The position numbers were made by a program, and so were the translations under genes. This document shows, in pieces, positions 12,325-29,315 of a DNA stretch of 64,000 nt. The notes below the pieces were generated by a model. It was not told where the DNA came from. It saw only the letters and a program-made list of their open reading frames with translations, and did no database searches. The stretch comes from Cycas panzhihuaensis. Lineage: Eukaryota > Plantae > Cycadophyta. The stretch covers positions 126,983,741-127,047,740 of the forward strand of contig CM041465.1 in assembly GCA_023213395.1 (NCBI GenBank). The letters run 5' to 3'. The number at the start of each line of letters is the position of its first letter. Position 1 is the first letter of the stretch.

Positions 12325-15300
12325 ATGGCCTCAAATATTAGTAATGTAATAGTTTTAAAGTTTGATGGTGCTAACTTTTTAAATCAGAGTAGAAGAATGA
12401 AATATATTTTTATGTCAAAGGATATATAGGACTTAATTAAAACATATTATGAAGCACTTGAAAGCAATGCCACTAAAGACTAAAATAAGACATACAAGGA
12501 GAACAAAAATCAAGACAACAAATCTTTACACTTTAGAGGATTACATTTTTTTAAGAGTGAGTGAAGCATTTATATTAAAGGAAATATGGAACATATTGAA
12601 GATCACTTATGAAGGAGTTGTTGTATTCAAAACTCTAAATATTGAGGAGTAAGTTTGAGAACTCCAGGATGAATAATAATGAAGGAGTCAATGACTTCAT
12701 CATAAAAATATAAGGCTAGTCAATCAAATAAGGGCCTTAGGAGAAGTCATAAGTGAACAAAGAGTAGTAAAAAATATCTTAAGATGTGTAAATAACATTT
12801 AACGATTTGAAATAGTTACCATAACTATTAAGGTCTCTAAGGACCTTACTACCCTTAAGATAGATTAAGTGCAATGTTGTTAGTTATTGAGGAGAAAGAG
12901 TATGGAATTAAATTTCTAGAGCATGTATTTATTAATAAGGCAAAGATAAGGCCTCTATTTAAGGGCAAAATTCTAGAAGAAGAGGATAATATTCTAGAGG
13001 AAGAGGTCAATGACCTAAAAATCAAAATCAGTTTTAAAGACAAGGTCAAAGTCATCATCAAGTACAAGTTCCCTTTTATCAAGAACAAAATTAATTTTAA
13101 AGACAAAGATGTTTTTAAGGCCAATTTAATTAAGTCTGGGGATAAAATGTTAAATCTCAAAGAAGCGATAAAGTATAAATTCTAAGAGGTAAAAACTAAG
13201 GACAAAGAGGAAGAAGTCCTAGGGGTAGAGGAATAATCTAATATTAATATTGCCATAGAGGTTGGCATTTAGAAGAAAATTATTTTACAAAAGGATCTAA
13301 TTTACAAAGGGGGACTACTAATACATCCGTTGAAGAAAGATAAAATAAAAAATTATTTCTATCAAGTTTAATAGTAAATAAGAAAGAAGATAGTTGGTAC
13401 ATAGACTTGAGATGTTCTACTCACATGACAGATAAAGAAGAGTGGTTTAAAGAATTGGACAACACTAAAAGGAGTAAGATTATATTTGGTGACAATACTA
13501 CTTAAGTTATAATTGACAACGGAAATATTTCCAGATAAATAGATTTTGGAGGAATAAGGTGTATTAATAATGTACTTCATATCCTAATACTTAAGAAAAA
13601 TTTACTATTAGTGGGAGAAACAATGCAACAAAAATATAAGGTAATCTTTAATAATAGGGAGTGTACTATCAAAAATAAGTTAAGGAATAAAGCAATAGTA
13701 GTTAATGAATAAATGAGTAGTGATAGTTTATTCAAACTAGTTATTCCCTTGACTAATTATTATGCCTTAAAGGTTTCCACCAATGTAGATAGTGAAATAT
13801 GGCATAAAAGACTTGTCCATATGAACTATAACATTTTGTCTTTAATGAAGAAGATGGGAATAGTGACAGGACTACCTAATATTGAACATAGTAAAGAAGT
13901 GTATGAAGAGTGTATACTTAGTAAACAAGAAAGGAAAGAATTCTCTAATAAAAGCTATATGGCTAATGGGCCTCTTCAATTAGTATACATAGACTTATGT
14001 GGTTTAACAGATGTGGATTTACTTAGAGGAGCTAAGTATTTTATGATATTCATTGATGATTTCATAATGATAACTTGGATTTACTTTCTCAAATTCAAGT
14101 CAAATACACTTAAATACTTCATTGACTTCAAAAGCATGGTTGAAAAATAAAGTAGACTTAAAATTTTAATCCTAAGATTAGATAATAGGAGAGAATTTAT
14201 TTTTAAACGAATTTAAAGATTATTGCCAATATTTTAGAATAAAGAAATATCTCATAAATCCTTATACCCCTTAGCAAAATGTGGTTGTAGAAAGAGAGAA
14301 TAGGATAATTACTAGAATGGTAAGAAGTATGCTTAAGGACATGCATATGGGAAATAAATATTGAGTAGAAGCTACATACACAATTGTTTATTTGTCAAAC
14401 AAGTATACCACCAAAGTAGTTAGATGGATTATACCTAAAAATCTTGGATGGGTTATAAGCCAAGTATTAAACACCTAAGAGTTTTTGGGTGTATAGATTA
14501 TACATATATCCCAAAATAAAGGAGGATAAAATTAAATGACAAAAGCACTAAATATATATTTATAGGATATGGTGACTTATCTAGATCTTATAAACTTTAT
14601 AATATAAAAGGAAAAATGATTATTATAAGTAGGGATGTTATCTTCAAGGAAGATAAGTTTTATTAACAGGAAATTATTGAAAAAGATGAGAACAAAACTA
14701 TTATGGTGAAAGTAGACTCTAACTCAAGTGGCATAAATGTACCTAATACAAATGAAATAGGACCTTTTACTTCAAGTCAAAGGGTCCTAAAATAGGTATA
14801 AACGGCGTATAATCCTCAAAATATATTAGATACTAACTTTGAAAAAAAGATAATAACATCTCAAAGTGTGAATTTTGCACAAATGACTTAAGTTATAAAG
14901 TTTAATAAGCCTCACAACTTTAAAGAGGTAAAAAATGAAGATAAATAAAAGGATATAATAAAGGAGAAGTATAATGCCTTAGTGAAAAATAACACATGGG
15001 AGTTAATAAATTTTCCACCTAACAAGAATGTTATTGGGATAAAATAAGTTTATAAGACGAAATATAAATTAGATGGGTCTGTTGATAAATATAAGGCAAG
15101 ATTAGTTATAAAGGGCTATGCTCAAATTGAGGGCATAGATTATAATGAGACATTTACACCTATTATAAGGTTAGAAAGAGTTAAGTTAATTATGGCATTA
15201 GTTATATAACAAGTTTGGATAATACATCAAATGGATGTGAAAAGTGTCTTCTTGAATGGCTATATAGATAAAGAAATCTATATCCAACAATCTTAGGGAT

Positions 15301-16580
15301 TTGAAGTGAAAGAAAAAGAAGATAAGGTCTATAAACTCAAAATGGCCTTATATGGACTCAAGCAAACTCTTAGAGCATGGTACTTTAGGATTGATAAATA
15401 TTTTAAGGATAAAGGATTCTAAAGAAGCTAATCATAACCCAATTTATATATAAAATTAGAAGAAAGCTTAATACTAATTGTAGACTTATATATAGATGAC
15501 CTAATATATATTAGAAATTATGATTACTTATCATAAAAGTTTAAGAAAGATATATGCAAAGAATTTGAAATAACAAAATTGGGACTTGTGCATTACTTCT
15601 TAGGCATTAAAATATGGTAAGATGAAAAAGGAATATTTATCTCCTAAAGGAAATACACATTAGATATGTTACACAAGTTCAACATGAGTAGTTATATACT
15701 ACTTTCAATACTATTAGAGGTTGGGTTGAAATTATCTAAGTTTGAGGAATTAGAATTAGTTGATTCTACACTTTGTAAGTAATTGATTGGAAGACTAATT
15801 TACTTAACTTTAATTTAACCAAATATCATATATGTAGTCAGTGTGGTTTTTAGATTTATACATGAGCTTAAAATAAAATATTGGTAAGCAACTGAAAGTA
15901 TTTTCAGGTATCTTAGAGGTACTATTAGATATGGATTATATTATAGTTTATTAGGAGATTGTAGGTTGATTGGTTATATAAACTCAGACTAGGTAGGTTG
16001 TATAAATAATAAAAAATCTACTTTACATTATACATTCAATTTGGGTTTAACTATAGTAATATGAATTTCAAAGAAGCAGGAGATAATATCTCTTTCTACT
16101 GTAGAAGTAGAGTACAAAGAAACTATAATAAGAGTATGTAAAATAATATGGATTAGAAGATTGCTTCAAGATTTACAAGAAGAATATATTAGTCCCACTC
16201 AGTTACTTTGTGATAACCAAAGCATAATTTAGATGATAAAAAGAATCTAGTATTTTATGGAAATGTAAAGTATATTAAAACATACCATTACTTCATTAGA
16301 GAATTGGTATAACAAGGTGAGTTAGAATTGGTTTATATATGGAAGATGTAGGTGGAAGATATCTTCCTAAAGTTACTTAGTAAAATAAAGTTAATTAAAT
16401 TCAGAGATAAACTTTAAGTCTCCTCAAATGAGCATTATAAGGCAGAAATATTAGAATAATGCCTATATTGAGGTTGATATCTACCTTACGGAGATTATAC
16501 ATATTGGGGTAATAACCCAAATTAATGGAGATATCTTGATGGTACTATATGAATAAATCATATCTTCCTTGTATCTTGAT
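12325..16580 (+). mobile_element. Ty1/Copia element C copy 1 (gag-pol, PPT, start of 3' LTR), heavily deaminated
   Basis: Gag MASNISNVIVLKFDGANF at 12325; integrase IWHKRLVHMNY, LQLVYIDLCG, YFMIFIDDF; RT HQMDVKSVFLNG, YGLKQ; PPT-like taaggcagaaa, then LTR start tattagaataatgcc at ~16449. Confidence 0.9.
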
Positions 16581-17850
16581 CGAGTACCATACCACCCCCT
16601 TAGGAGGTCACTCATGTTTTGATAAGACTTATTGTCACATTTGCTCAGACTTTTATTGGCCTCAAATGAAATCTTCTATACTGACCTTCATAATAGAATG
16701 TGACATATGCTAATGTAATAAGGCAGAAACAAGGTTCAACCTGGGCTCCTCCAACCCCTTCAAATCTCATAGGGAAAATGGTAAGATATCGCAATGGACT
16801 TCATCACAAGTCTTCTACCATTAGTCGAAAATGACTCTATCTGGGTAATCATTGATCTACTAATAAAATATGCCTACTTTCTACTAGTCCACATATCCTA
16901 CCAAGCCCCCTGCTTAGCTAACCTCTATATCCAATTTATTTTTTGTCTTTATAATTTTCCATCCACCATAGTCTCTGACCGAGATCCCAAATTTATATCT
17001 TCCTTTTGGCAAGAAATTTTTTATGATGTTGGCACCTATTTCAACATGTGTTCCTTGTACTACCCTTACATAAATTGTCAATTAAAGGTCCTTAATTAAA
17101 CCTTAGAGACATATCTTCATTATTTTGCATCTGAACATAAAAAACGATGGACCTCCTAGCCAGCTTTAGCTAAATATTGGTATAACTCTTCCCATCACTT
17201 TTAATTAGCATGTCCGCATTCATGGCCCTTTATGGTTGTCCCCTACCATTCCACTATACATTGGCCACTAACTTGTATACAACCTTAATGCAACAAAAAT
17301 TGCAAGACATGGACCAAATCCTAAATACACTTAAGCAAAATCTGGCTATAGCTTAGAATCACATTAAGTAACTTGTTGACTGCCACCACTCTAATCAAAC
17401 CTTTTCCATTGGCGATATGGTCTTCGTTCACCTCCAACCTTATAAGCAGTAGTCACTTCATCATAATACAAATCATAAACTTAGCCCTCGATACTATGGT
17501 CCTTATAAGGTTAGCCAATGTGTTGGAGAAGTTTCATATGCCCCTGAACTCCCTTCTGACACCAAGATCCATAATGTCTTTCATGTCTCATGCTTTAAAA
17601 AGCTCATTGGCAAGTCCATTATCCCACAAACCACTCTCCTGATTCTTGCTAAAGAACAACTCCTAATAGTTCCTCTAGATTGTATCTTGGAAATTAGACA
17701 TTGTTGTCTTCGAAATATAACCATTTTTAAGCACTTGGTGTAATGGACTGGTAGCAGACTAGAGGAAGCAACATAGGAACCCAATAAATTCATCAAGTAA
17801 TATCCACATCTCTTACGCTATGGGGATTTAGCATCTTAGGGGACGAGACC
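16581..17850 (+). mobile_element. Ty3/gypsy chromovirus integrase-chromodomain fragment
   Basis: HHCC zinc finger (EYHTTPLGGH...ECDIC), core IAMDFITSL...IVSDRDPKF, GPY motif RYYGPYKV, chromodomain-like LVxWTG..EEATxEP, purine-rich tract at ~17837-17850. Confidence 0.85.
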
Positions 17851-18162
17851 TATTATATAACCACCAGTGGTTGGTAGAACCCTAGTGAAGGTACTTTTGC
17901 TAGTAAAAGACCGATGTTAATGTTAACTATTAAAAGGCGTGCATAGGACACTTGGGGCCACCAATAAAAGTAAATTCCAAATGCCTCTCCAATTAGATTC
18001 ATGGACTAAATAACTATTTTACTTATTTAAGGCCTTATGGATGTAAAGGAAATTAGTTTTGAATGAGAAATTGTTATCGCCTATGTTGTGTGGACTTTTT
18101 GTATCTATTTTTGTATTCATTTATGCTTTATTTGTGTTATGTATTTCAATTTTCTAATCAGG

Positions 18163-19873
18163 TGTAAAGGAATCCCCTTCCCTCCTAAGTTGTACTTAAG
18201 AAGGAAGAGTAAGGAATATTAGCAAGATAAATCACTTTAATTAAAGCAAATAAGGTATGTATATATTTATTCAATAAATAATGCTTATGCCTTATAGTGG
18301 GATAGTAGTCTTACATAATTATTGGGAGTGATTTACATATAAGAAAGCACCAAACTTATTCAAGGAGATGAAATAGTAAAAGAGGAGTCTTGCATCTATG
18401 TTGAAGTGATGTTTGCAAAGAGGAAAAGTAAGAAACTAACCATAGTTTAAGCTCATTAGATGGTGTACCCTTTAAAGTTATGGTTTAAACCTCATTAAGA
18501 AGGGATGTTATGTGTTTTATTTGTTTCTTTAAAAGGATAGAGAAAAACTTGAGAGAAAGAGGCATAAGGAAGATGCGAGCTTGGTGTTTTTATGTTTGAT
18601 AAAGAGAAACTATGAAAGATTGTATAAGTACCATCTCTAATAGGCTAAAGTTAGTTGGTTTGTCTAGTAACTGGAGCTATTTAAAAGAAGTAATAAATAT
18701 TAATCCATTACAAATAGAAACTAGAAATATCTTACCTTCTATTAAGAGAAGTAGGATAAAGCTCAATGGGACACACCTAAAAGGGATCATAGGAATACTT
18801 ATCAATATTGGGAGATGCCCAACTAACTAATATTCAGATAACACCTCTCACAAAAATACTATCTATTTACAAAATATATCCAGAAACCTATTTGACAAGT
18901 GAAGAATCCTCAAGATATGCCAAATTCTCCCTTAGTTGGTTCCAAGTAGTGATTCACATGAAACTAATTATTAAGTCACTATTATCAAGTGGTTGTCCCA
19001 TAACACTTAACTAGTTCTTGGTTAATATGGTTTGAGTAAGGTGAGCTACAATTGATCCTATATATGGCATGGAGTAGAGTTGTGCTTTAAGCATGACAAT
19101 TCTGACATTGTCCTTCCTTCCACACAATGCATAGATTATTTCTCAAGCTCTAGCAGAAGTGGTAGTAAGCTTAATATTTTAGTTAATATTATCTTCATAA
19201 GAAAGGTATAAAAAGGAGAGTACACTTTAACTATTTTCATTACAAGTAGTAAGGGCAATAGGATCAAATGGTATAAAACTGGTAGGATCATTAGGATCTT
19301 TAGTAGGTTTAGGTTTAGGAGTGGCACAAAAAATGTAAGTCCAAAGTTGACTTGTTTCTTTTAAACTAAGAAATTATTACTACATGATAATTTAATAGTA
19401 TTAGAAATAGCCATTTGAAGGTTTATTATATTTCTAATAAGTGTCTTGTCTACCTAAAAGGATTGTTAATTTAGTATTCGAAGTCTCGGTGTCTCCTTGC
19501 CTAATATCCCCTAGTAATTAAGATGATTTTTTTTAATGGCATACCTACCAGTAAGTGGCAACTCAGGGACTTGATATACCTAAAGGTGTATTTGCACTAC
19601 TGAAGGCTCTACCCTACCTCAACACTATTGATCCAACTACACTAAATTTATGACCTGAATATCAGATCTTCATCTAACAACACACTTTTAACCAAGGTAC
19701 TTACCATCTTCTAGTGTAGCCTGATCTCTAAGCTCTAAATCTGTGGGTTTACAACCATGTTTGTTACATAATACACTTGATAGTGATTTGTCCTCTAGCC
19801 TATTTTTCTAAGTGTATATGACTCATATGTGTGGGAGTGGTTAACTTTAGGGGTCCTAACCATTCCCCTTACA
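18163..19873 (+). repeat. Probable long LTR (or LTR with nested insertion)
   Basis: TG...CA ends with imperfect inverted termini tgtaaaggaat / attccccttaca, followed by PBS-like tggtatcaaa (~19883). Part of it (18270-18500) is related to 23010-23260. Confidence 0.4.
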
Positions 19874-20118
19874 AAAGTGGTATGGTATCAAATTGAATTT
19901 AGGAGTTATCTTATTAATGTTTTAAGTTTAAAAACTTTGTTATATTGATAAGGTTTTAAAAACATTTTAAAATGTCATCATTGTTTTAATATTTTAATTT
20001 AAAAGATATAAATTTTTAGTTTTAAAAAAAGGCTTAAAATAATCAAAATAGATTTAAAAGATTTTAAGAAAAGTTAGAATGAAAAACTTTAGAAGAGGGA
20101 CAAACATTAAAGGGGAAA

Positions 20119-22945
<2,827 letters not shown>

Positions 22946-23749
22946 TTATACTCATAAACCAAATAAGATCATTTTGATTATGTCAATTAAGACCCATGCA
23001 TATATACTTAATAATCAATGCCTATGCCATATGCTATGGTAGTAGTCTTACACGATTGTTGAGAGTCATATCAAGGCATGGGGAGACATGAGTCTCAATA
23101 AGAAATAAAGAAGTCAACTATAGTTTATGCTCATTAGAATGTGGGGCCTTGACAACCATAGCTTATAATTGTTGTAAAAGTATATCCATATTATGGGATG
23201 ATAGAGGCTATCATAGTTTAGGCTCTTTAGTAGATTAATTTCTTAAAGCTATAGTTTCTTATCATTATGAAGAGATATTTGTATGTTGCCCTTTCAAGTA
23301 TAAAACTTTAATAAGAACTATGAATTAATAAGCTTTTAGAGCTCAAGGTCATCAAAGGTAGAAATATAAATGTACCATTTTTAAGATATTTAATGACAAG
23401 ATAAGGTCTTACCTACTTAGGGATAACTTTATATTGCTTATCATGAAGATACTCAAGCTTAAGCACCTTGTTACAACATAAAACTTATGAGGTCTCAATT
23501 ACTAATCATGAGTTGCTTGAGCTAGGAATTCCCAATATAATTATATGTTCTTATAGAAGTTGGTCTCATCACTAGGGGAGGGGTGTTTCAAGAGGAGATA
23601 CATAAATAAGAGAAGGAACAACATCCTACTAAACAACCAACTTGGTTGGGAAAGAGGTAATAATGATCATGTTGATTTCTCTAATTTCTCTCCTTTAGTT
23701 TGGACTAAATCTAGGAGGGCTATCTAAGGGGGATGTCTCATCTTCTTAA

Positions 23750-26700
23750 GGTAAGAGGTTTGAACACATATGGATCAGAAGTTTCTTGCTATGTTGATTA
23801 AATTAAGTGGTCTAAAGGGTAGACTCATAATAAGATACCTCGTTACATGAGGAAGTAGTGGCCTAAGAGGAACATACCTATGAGAAAGGACTAGAAACTA
23901 ATATGATAGAGATTAGGGCATCATTTACATAATGCAAGTAAAGGACATGCCTAAAGTTTGGCTCATTAAAGGATGAGCCTAATAAAGTGGTTTCTTGAGA
24001 TAAAAGAGGTTATCTTAAAGTATGCCATCATCATTATTTGCTTATTATGAAGAAGAAGAGGCTGATGAATCAAATTTTATATTATTTGAGCAAGATTAAT
24101 TGGATATCTTCTAGAGTGAAGGGATAAAATCTCTTCCATTAAAATAGAAGTGTATATGGGAATGGTTCCAAAGCACTTTGAAACATTTCCATATGTGATT
24201 AACTTGGTGATAAACTTTCTCCTAAGGGAATAATGTTAATCACATTAACACTCTTAACTTTCTCCATGGGTGTTGAAAGAGACTTAGTAGTAAAATACTA
24301 TTTAAAAACCAAACATTAGAAGAAGTGTTTAGAAGAGATAGAAGGCTCTCATATTTTTATGACAGTTTTTATAAATGGAACAAATTGCTTAATAGGACTA
24401 TTATTTTATTTAATGAACTTCATCTTTCTTTCATGAATGAATTTAAGCTCACCAAATAACAAGGAATAAACAACAAGCATCTTATTGATATAATGTGTCC
24501 TTGAGATAATGTTATATTCTAAGTTGAGATCTATGATGGTGAGGTCAACCATAATTATTTTCCTTCTAAGTTGAGAGGGAGAGTGACTTACCCTAATGGT
24601 ATTATTTGGTTCTTATCATATCCTTAGTAAATCCACTGACAAGCTTTAGAGGCAAGAATCTCTAGATCTTCTACGAGACAAGGACAGATTTTATTCATTG
24701 ATGAGCCTTTATTAATAATAACGTGGTGGATGATACTTTTGTCTTTATAGATTTCAATGTAGAATGGAGGGATATTATTAAAGTTCTTTTTCTTCTCATT
24801 AAGTAAGATAAAAGGATCAAAATAGAGGGTGAGACTTATTGGGGAGCTGGGAGTAGGAACCCTAAGGCATTAAGTAATAGTTGACATTGCTCTAGGTAAC
24901 TCCTTAATAAGTCCATTAATTAAATCCTAGTAGGAATGGTATTCAACTCATTAACTAAAGAGAAAGACCCGTCCTTTGTAGTTAAGGGGATGGATCTAAA
25001 ACAGATAAGTCTAAGTGGGAAAACATGTAAGGAGTTAAGGATTTTGATCAGCAAATCTTTAGGGGATTTAGACCTAATAGAGTTCCTTATTACCTCAACT
25101 ATATTTATTGTTATCTTAGTCTTACCACCTTTGGGAGGTGTGTGTGTTTTTGGCTGTTAAACTATTTTCCATCTCTATTAGGTGTGGTGGTATGTTTTTT
25201 GTTAGGTTTAAAGCTTGAGATCTTGTCATCACTCATGTCATCCTTCTTGGCCTTCGTTTTACTTTTGTCCTTAGTGTGCTTTAGATCATGGTTAGGTGAA
25301 GCATCCTTATGGATTGATTTATCTTGATTTATCTTGGAAGTGGCATTATTAGTACTTTAGGTCTTGTGACCCATGGCCTAAACCACATAATACCCATCTC
25401 AATTGTGAGTATCAGTTTGGTAATAAGAACACCATGGAGATTTCTTTATTTGAGGATCAAGAGGGTCTGATGTTTCTTTCCTTTAACATAATAAATGACT
25501 TTAGTTTCTTAATTCTAATTAGAAGTAGAAGGTTTTTTAACATAAAGACTGGTGTTGATGGTATATTCAAGGGCCATGATAGAGGATGTAAGATGATCAT
25601 ATGTATGGTCACTTTGACTAGGTTTGGGCTTTTGAATAGAGTCCTTTATTGGGGAAATCTTACCAATCTTCTTGATTCCTATTTGAATATTGAAAGCTTT
25701 ATGAGATAAACACTTGTTAGTGCCTTTATCATAGGTTTGAGGACTAAGTTTAAGGACCTATAACTAAACATGTTAAATAGGAGGCTTAAATCAGGGTGGG
25801 CATGACAAGCATGGACTAAGTCTTAGAATGACCTTATGAAATTATAAGATAATTTATTATTATTTGTTTAAGTTATAATAGAGATTTGATATAGGTTTCA
25901 AATGACTCAATAACATTAAAGTAGTTTATGAATGTATTGACCAACTATTGGAATATAAAGATGGAAGTAGATAGGAGGTAATAAAACCACTTCAAGGCAT
26001 CACCTTACAACAATTTGGGAAACAACCTTATCATGACATAGTCATAAGGAAGGAAGCCAACACATGCAAGTATAACAACTCACAAATGTCCAACAAGGTC
26101 CTAAGTGGGTTCCTCTAAGAACCTAGATAACTTTAGAATAAATAGAGGGACTAATAAAAAGAGGATCTCTTATGAAAAATAGGTCTTGATGTAGTCAATA
26201 AATGACCTCTTAGGCCTTAACATAGAGAAGGGTTGAGAAGGAGGATGTTGATAAGAAATAGAGGTTCTTTATAAGGGTTGCTCATAATATGGTGGATGAG
26301 AAGGTGGAGGATATGAGAAAGTGAATCATATAATAGGATTAAGGTGTACTCCTATTTAAGGGATAGGTTTTTATTGGGATAGAGGAATGTATTTTAAAGA
26401 GGAAACCATATGTTATGGGTATGGCTATTGAGGGTAAATAGGTCTAAGACTATAAGATGGTGTTGGACCTCTAATGAATCTAGGTATCCTCTACGTGTGA
26501 ATATAATGGCCAACAAGAGAAATGTGAATGTGAGAGGCCTATAATAAGCCTTGGTATCTAGCATATGTATCATGAATAGGTTATGGTTGAGTGGATGGTG
26601 TAGGTTCTTTATAAGATTACAAGGGGGTAGTCTCACATTATGTCTTATGATTGATGAGGTAAAGGGAGAGTATTCCCTTGGCTAAATTGGGAAACACCAT

Positions 26701-27000
26701 GAGAAGGGATAAGACTTATGGGTATAACCTCTAAAGTGGTATTAAGAAACCTATACTTTTATATAAGAGGTGATCATTTGATAGGTCCCAAATGAGGGAA
26801 CTTATATAAAGTGGATGTTTGGTATGTATACCTTGAGGCAATTTCTTAGTCCTAAGTAGAACTCTTACGTGGGATATCATATGAAATAGAGGGCATGAGA
26901 GGAACTTGGGCTCCTCCTTGCATGGTTTGAGCTTATCCCTAGACTTGGGAGTGAATCAACTCAATATCTCCTATCTCATTAATAAGAATAAGAGGTGCCT
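23750..27000 (-). mobile_element. Highly decayed L1-like LINE relic(s) (ORF1 and endonuclease remnants)
   Basis: Degenerate ORF1-like motifs (..VED..IRGP.., IWFPL, ~26390-26500) and an APE-like start VSFNTHG (~24265-24285). Many stops. Confidence 0.4.
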
Positions 27001-27651
27001 CTAGGTTAAAGGGATGAAAGGAATGAGGGGAAGGTGGAATATTAGATGGGTGAGGGCACATGTAAGGGTGGATACTCTTAAGGAGAAGGATTTCATTTCT
27101 CCTAATGTTAATAAAAAAGAATATTAATGGGAAATGCGATGGTGTGTGTGTCCTGATAAAAGGGGTCTTACTACCTTAGGATGGGGATAAGAAAGCAGAC
27201 TGTAATGAGCAAGGGTTCTAGAAACATATGAGCAATGTGAACTACATGAGCCTCATCATGAATAGAATTAGAGGTTAGTAAGGAAGAATTCCCAAGTGTT
27301 GTTTAAGGTACTTATAATAGCCTTATTTTATAGGGACTTTGTACAAATCAATAGACCCCTTAAGAGGGTATACATATGGCCCATAGCCCTCATAACCAAG
27401 ATAGCCTTCATGAGGTGCATAGACCTATTAGGCCTTATAATCTTCATAATAATAATACTCAAAGTCCTAAGAAAGAAGGCCTTATTACCTCCTTAATCTC
27501 CTTGACTAAGTATGATGAGAAGGAATCTCCATTGAAAAGGGGCTACAAAGCTAGTAACGAAAGCTTAAGGAAAGGATAAAAACCCTAAATAAGAATAAAG
27601 GATTTTATCCAATCCAATAACTAAAGAGGGAGGTGTAAAACCAACTAAACA

Positions 27652-29315
27652 AGAATGTCTTATGAAAGATCTCAAGTAGATATGAAAGATAAAGGTCTGA
27701 AACATATAACTAGGAAGCTTTGGCAACACCTTAGTATGGTCACTAAAGATTGTTCCACATCATGGAGCCAACCATCTATTAGATCTATATAAAAGAAAAA
27801 CTAATTATGAGATTCTTAAGGTTGGACCTTTCAACTAATGTCTATGAAGAGGTATATTTACTTATGTGCTTAAACAATAATAAGTAATTAAACTAACTGA
27901 CAAAATCAACTACTTCACACATATATAATAAAATCAAACTAAAAGTCTAATTAAATATAAAAACTCAAATCAATCAAATAAGTTAAAAAAAAAGTCTCAT
28001 TAACTATAGGGAGGTCATAAGCAACTTTCTAATAGGTGGAAGGATCATTGGAGGTCCTTACCCTAAAGTAAATGCCTAAGGATTCCCCTATTTCTACCCC
28101 AAAACCCTTCCTATGGATAAAACTCTACCCTAGACCTCTATTCCCACCTAAAAAAGGAGTAATCTATATTGCACTAGCTATAGATCAATATGATTTATCA
28201 GTGCATGGACTTAAGAGACCTCAAAACCTAGATTAATAACACTATCATAGGTCAACCATTAAGGACTACTTCACCTAGTAATAATCCATTTATGAGGATG
28301 AATGTCTTAGGGATACCTATTTTTGACTCTAATGAGTTTTGATACTTATAAATATAAGGAGGATGTGCCTCCCAACCTAAAGGATAATGGAAAGAAACTT
28401 CCTTTAGTATTCAATACATGACTAGAAAAAATATTATGCCAAGGAAAGAATAGTTTGTACACAAGGTAGGTCAAGTCTCGATTAATTAAAAGACTCCTAA
28501 TGATGATAAATATTTATCCATAGGAGAGGAAAAGCTTGTACACCAAGGATGCCAAGTCCTAACTGATCAAACAAGTCCTAGACAAAGGCATAAAATCTAT
28601 CCTAAGGGGACTAAATAAAAATAATCCATACCTATGTGTAAATCTAGAATGTAATTTAAGATTAAATATAAATAGTAATCATGCATGTAACATAACAATC
28701 AAATCATGCATAAATAGATGATAATTTATAGACAAATTTATAGAATGTCTTATGAAAGATCTCAAGTAGATACAAAAGATATAGGTCCCAAATATATAAC
28801 TAGGAAGCTTTAGCAACACCTTGGTATGGTCACTAGTAATTGTTCCACATCATGGGGCCAACCATCTATTAGATCCATATAAAAGGAAAACTAATTGTGA
28901 GATTCTTAAGGCTGGACCTTTTAACTAACCTCTATGAAGAGGTATATTTACTTATGTGCTTAAACAAAAATAAGTAATTAAACTAACTTACAAAATCAAT
29001 TACTTCACACATATATAATAAAATCAAACTAAAGTCTAATTAAGTATAAGAACTCAAACCAATCAAATAAGTGAAACAAAAGTCTCATTAACTATAGGGA
29101 GGTCATAAGCAAGGATTCCCCTATATGGAAGGATCATTGGAGGTCCTTACCCTAAAGTAAATGCCCAAGGATTCCCCTATTTCTACCCAAAAACCCTTCC
29201 TATGGATAAAACTCTACCCTAGACCTCTATTCCCACCTAAAAAAGGAGTAATCTATATTGAATTAGCTATAGATCAATATGATTTATGAGTGCATGGACT
29301 TAAGATACCTCAAAA
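27652..29315. repeat. ~575-bp direct duplication (27652-28226 and 28742-29315)
   Basis: Both copies run from agaatgtcttatgaaagatctcaagtagata to cttaaga.acctcaaaa; roughly 90-95% identical. Confidence 0.95.

Noticed and set aside
12855-13185. K/I/F-rich ORFs on both strands (also 63731-63994)
   Set aside because: Off-frame or antisense readings of the deaminated low-complexity linker of Copia C gag.
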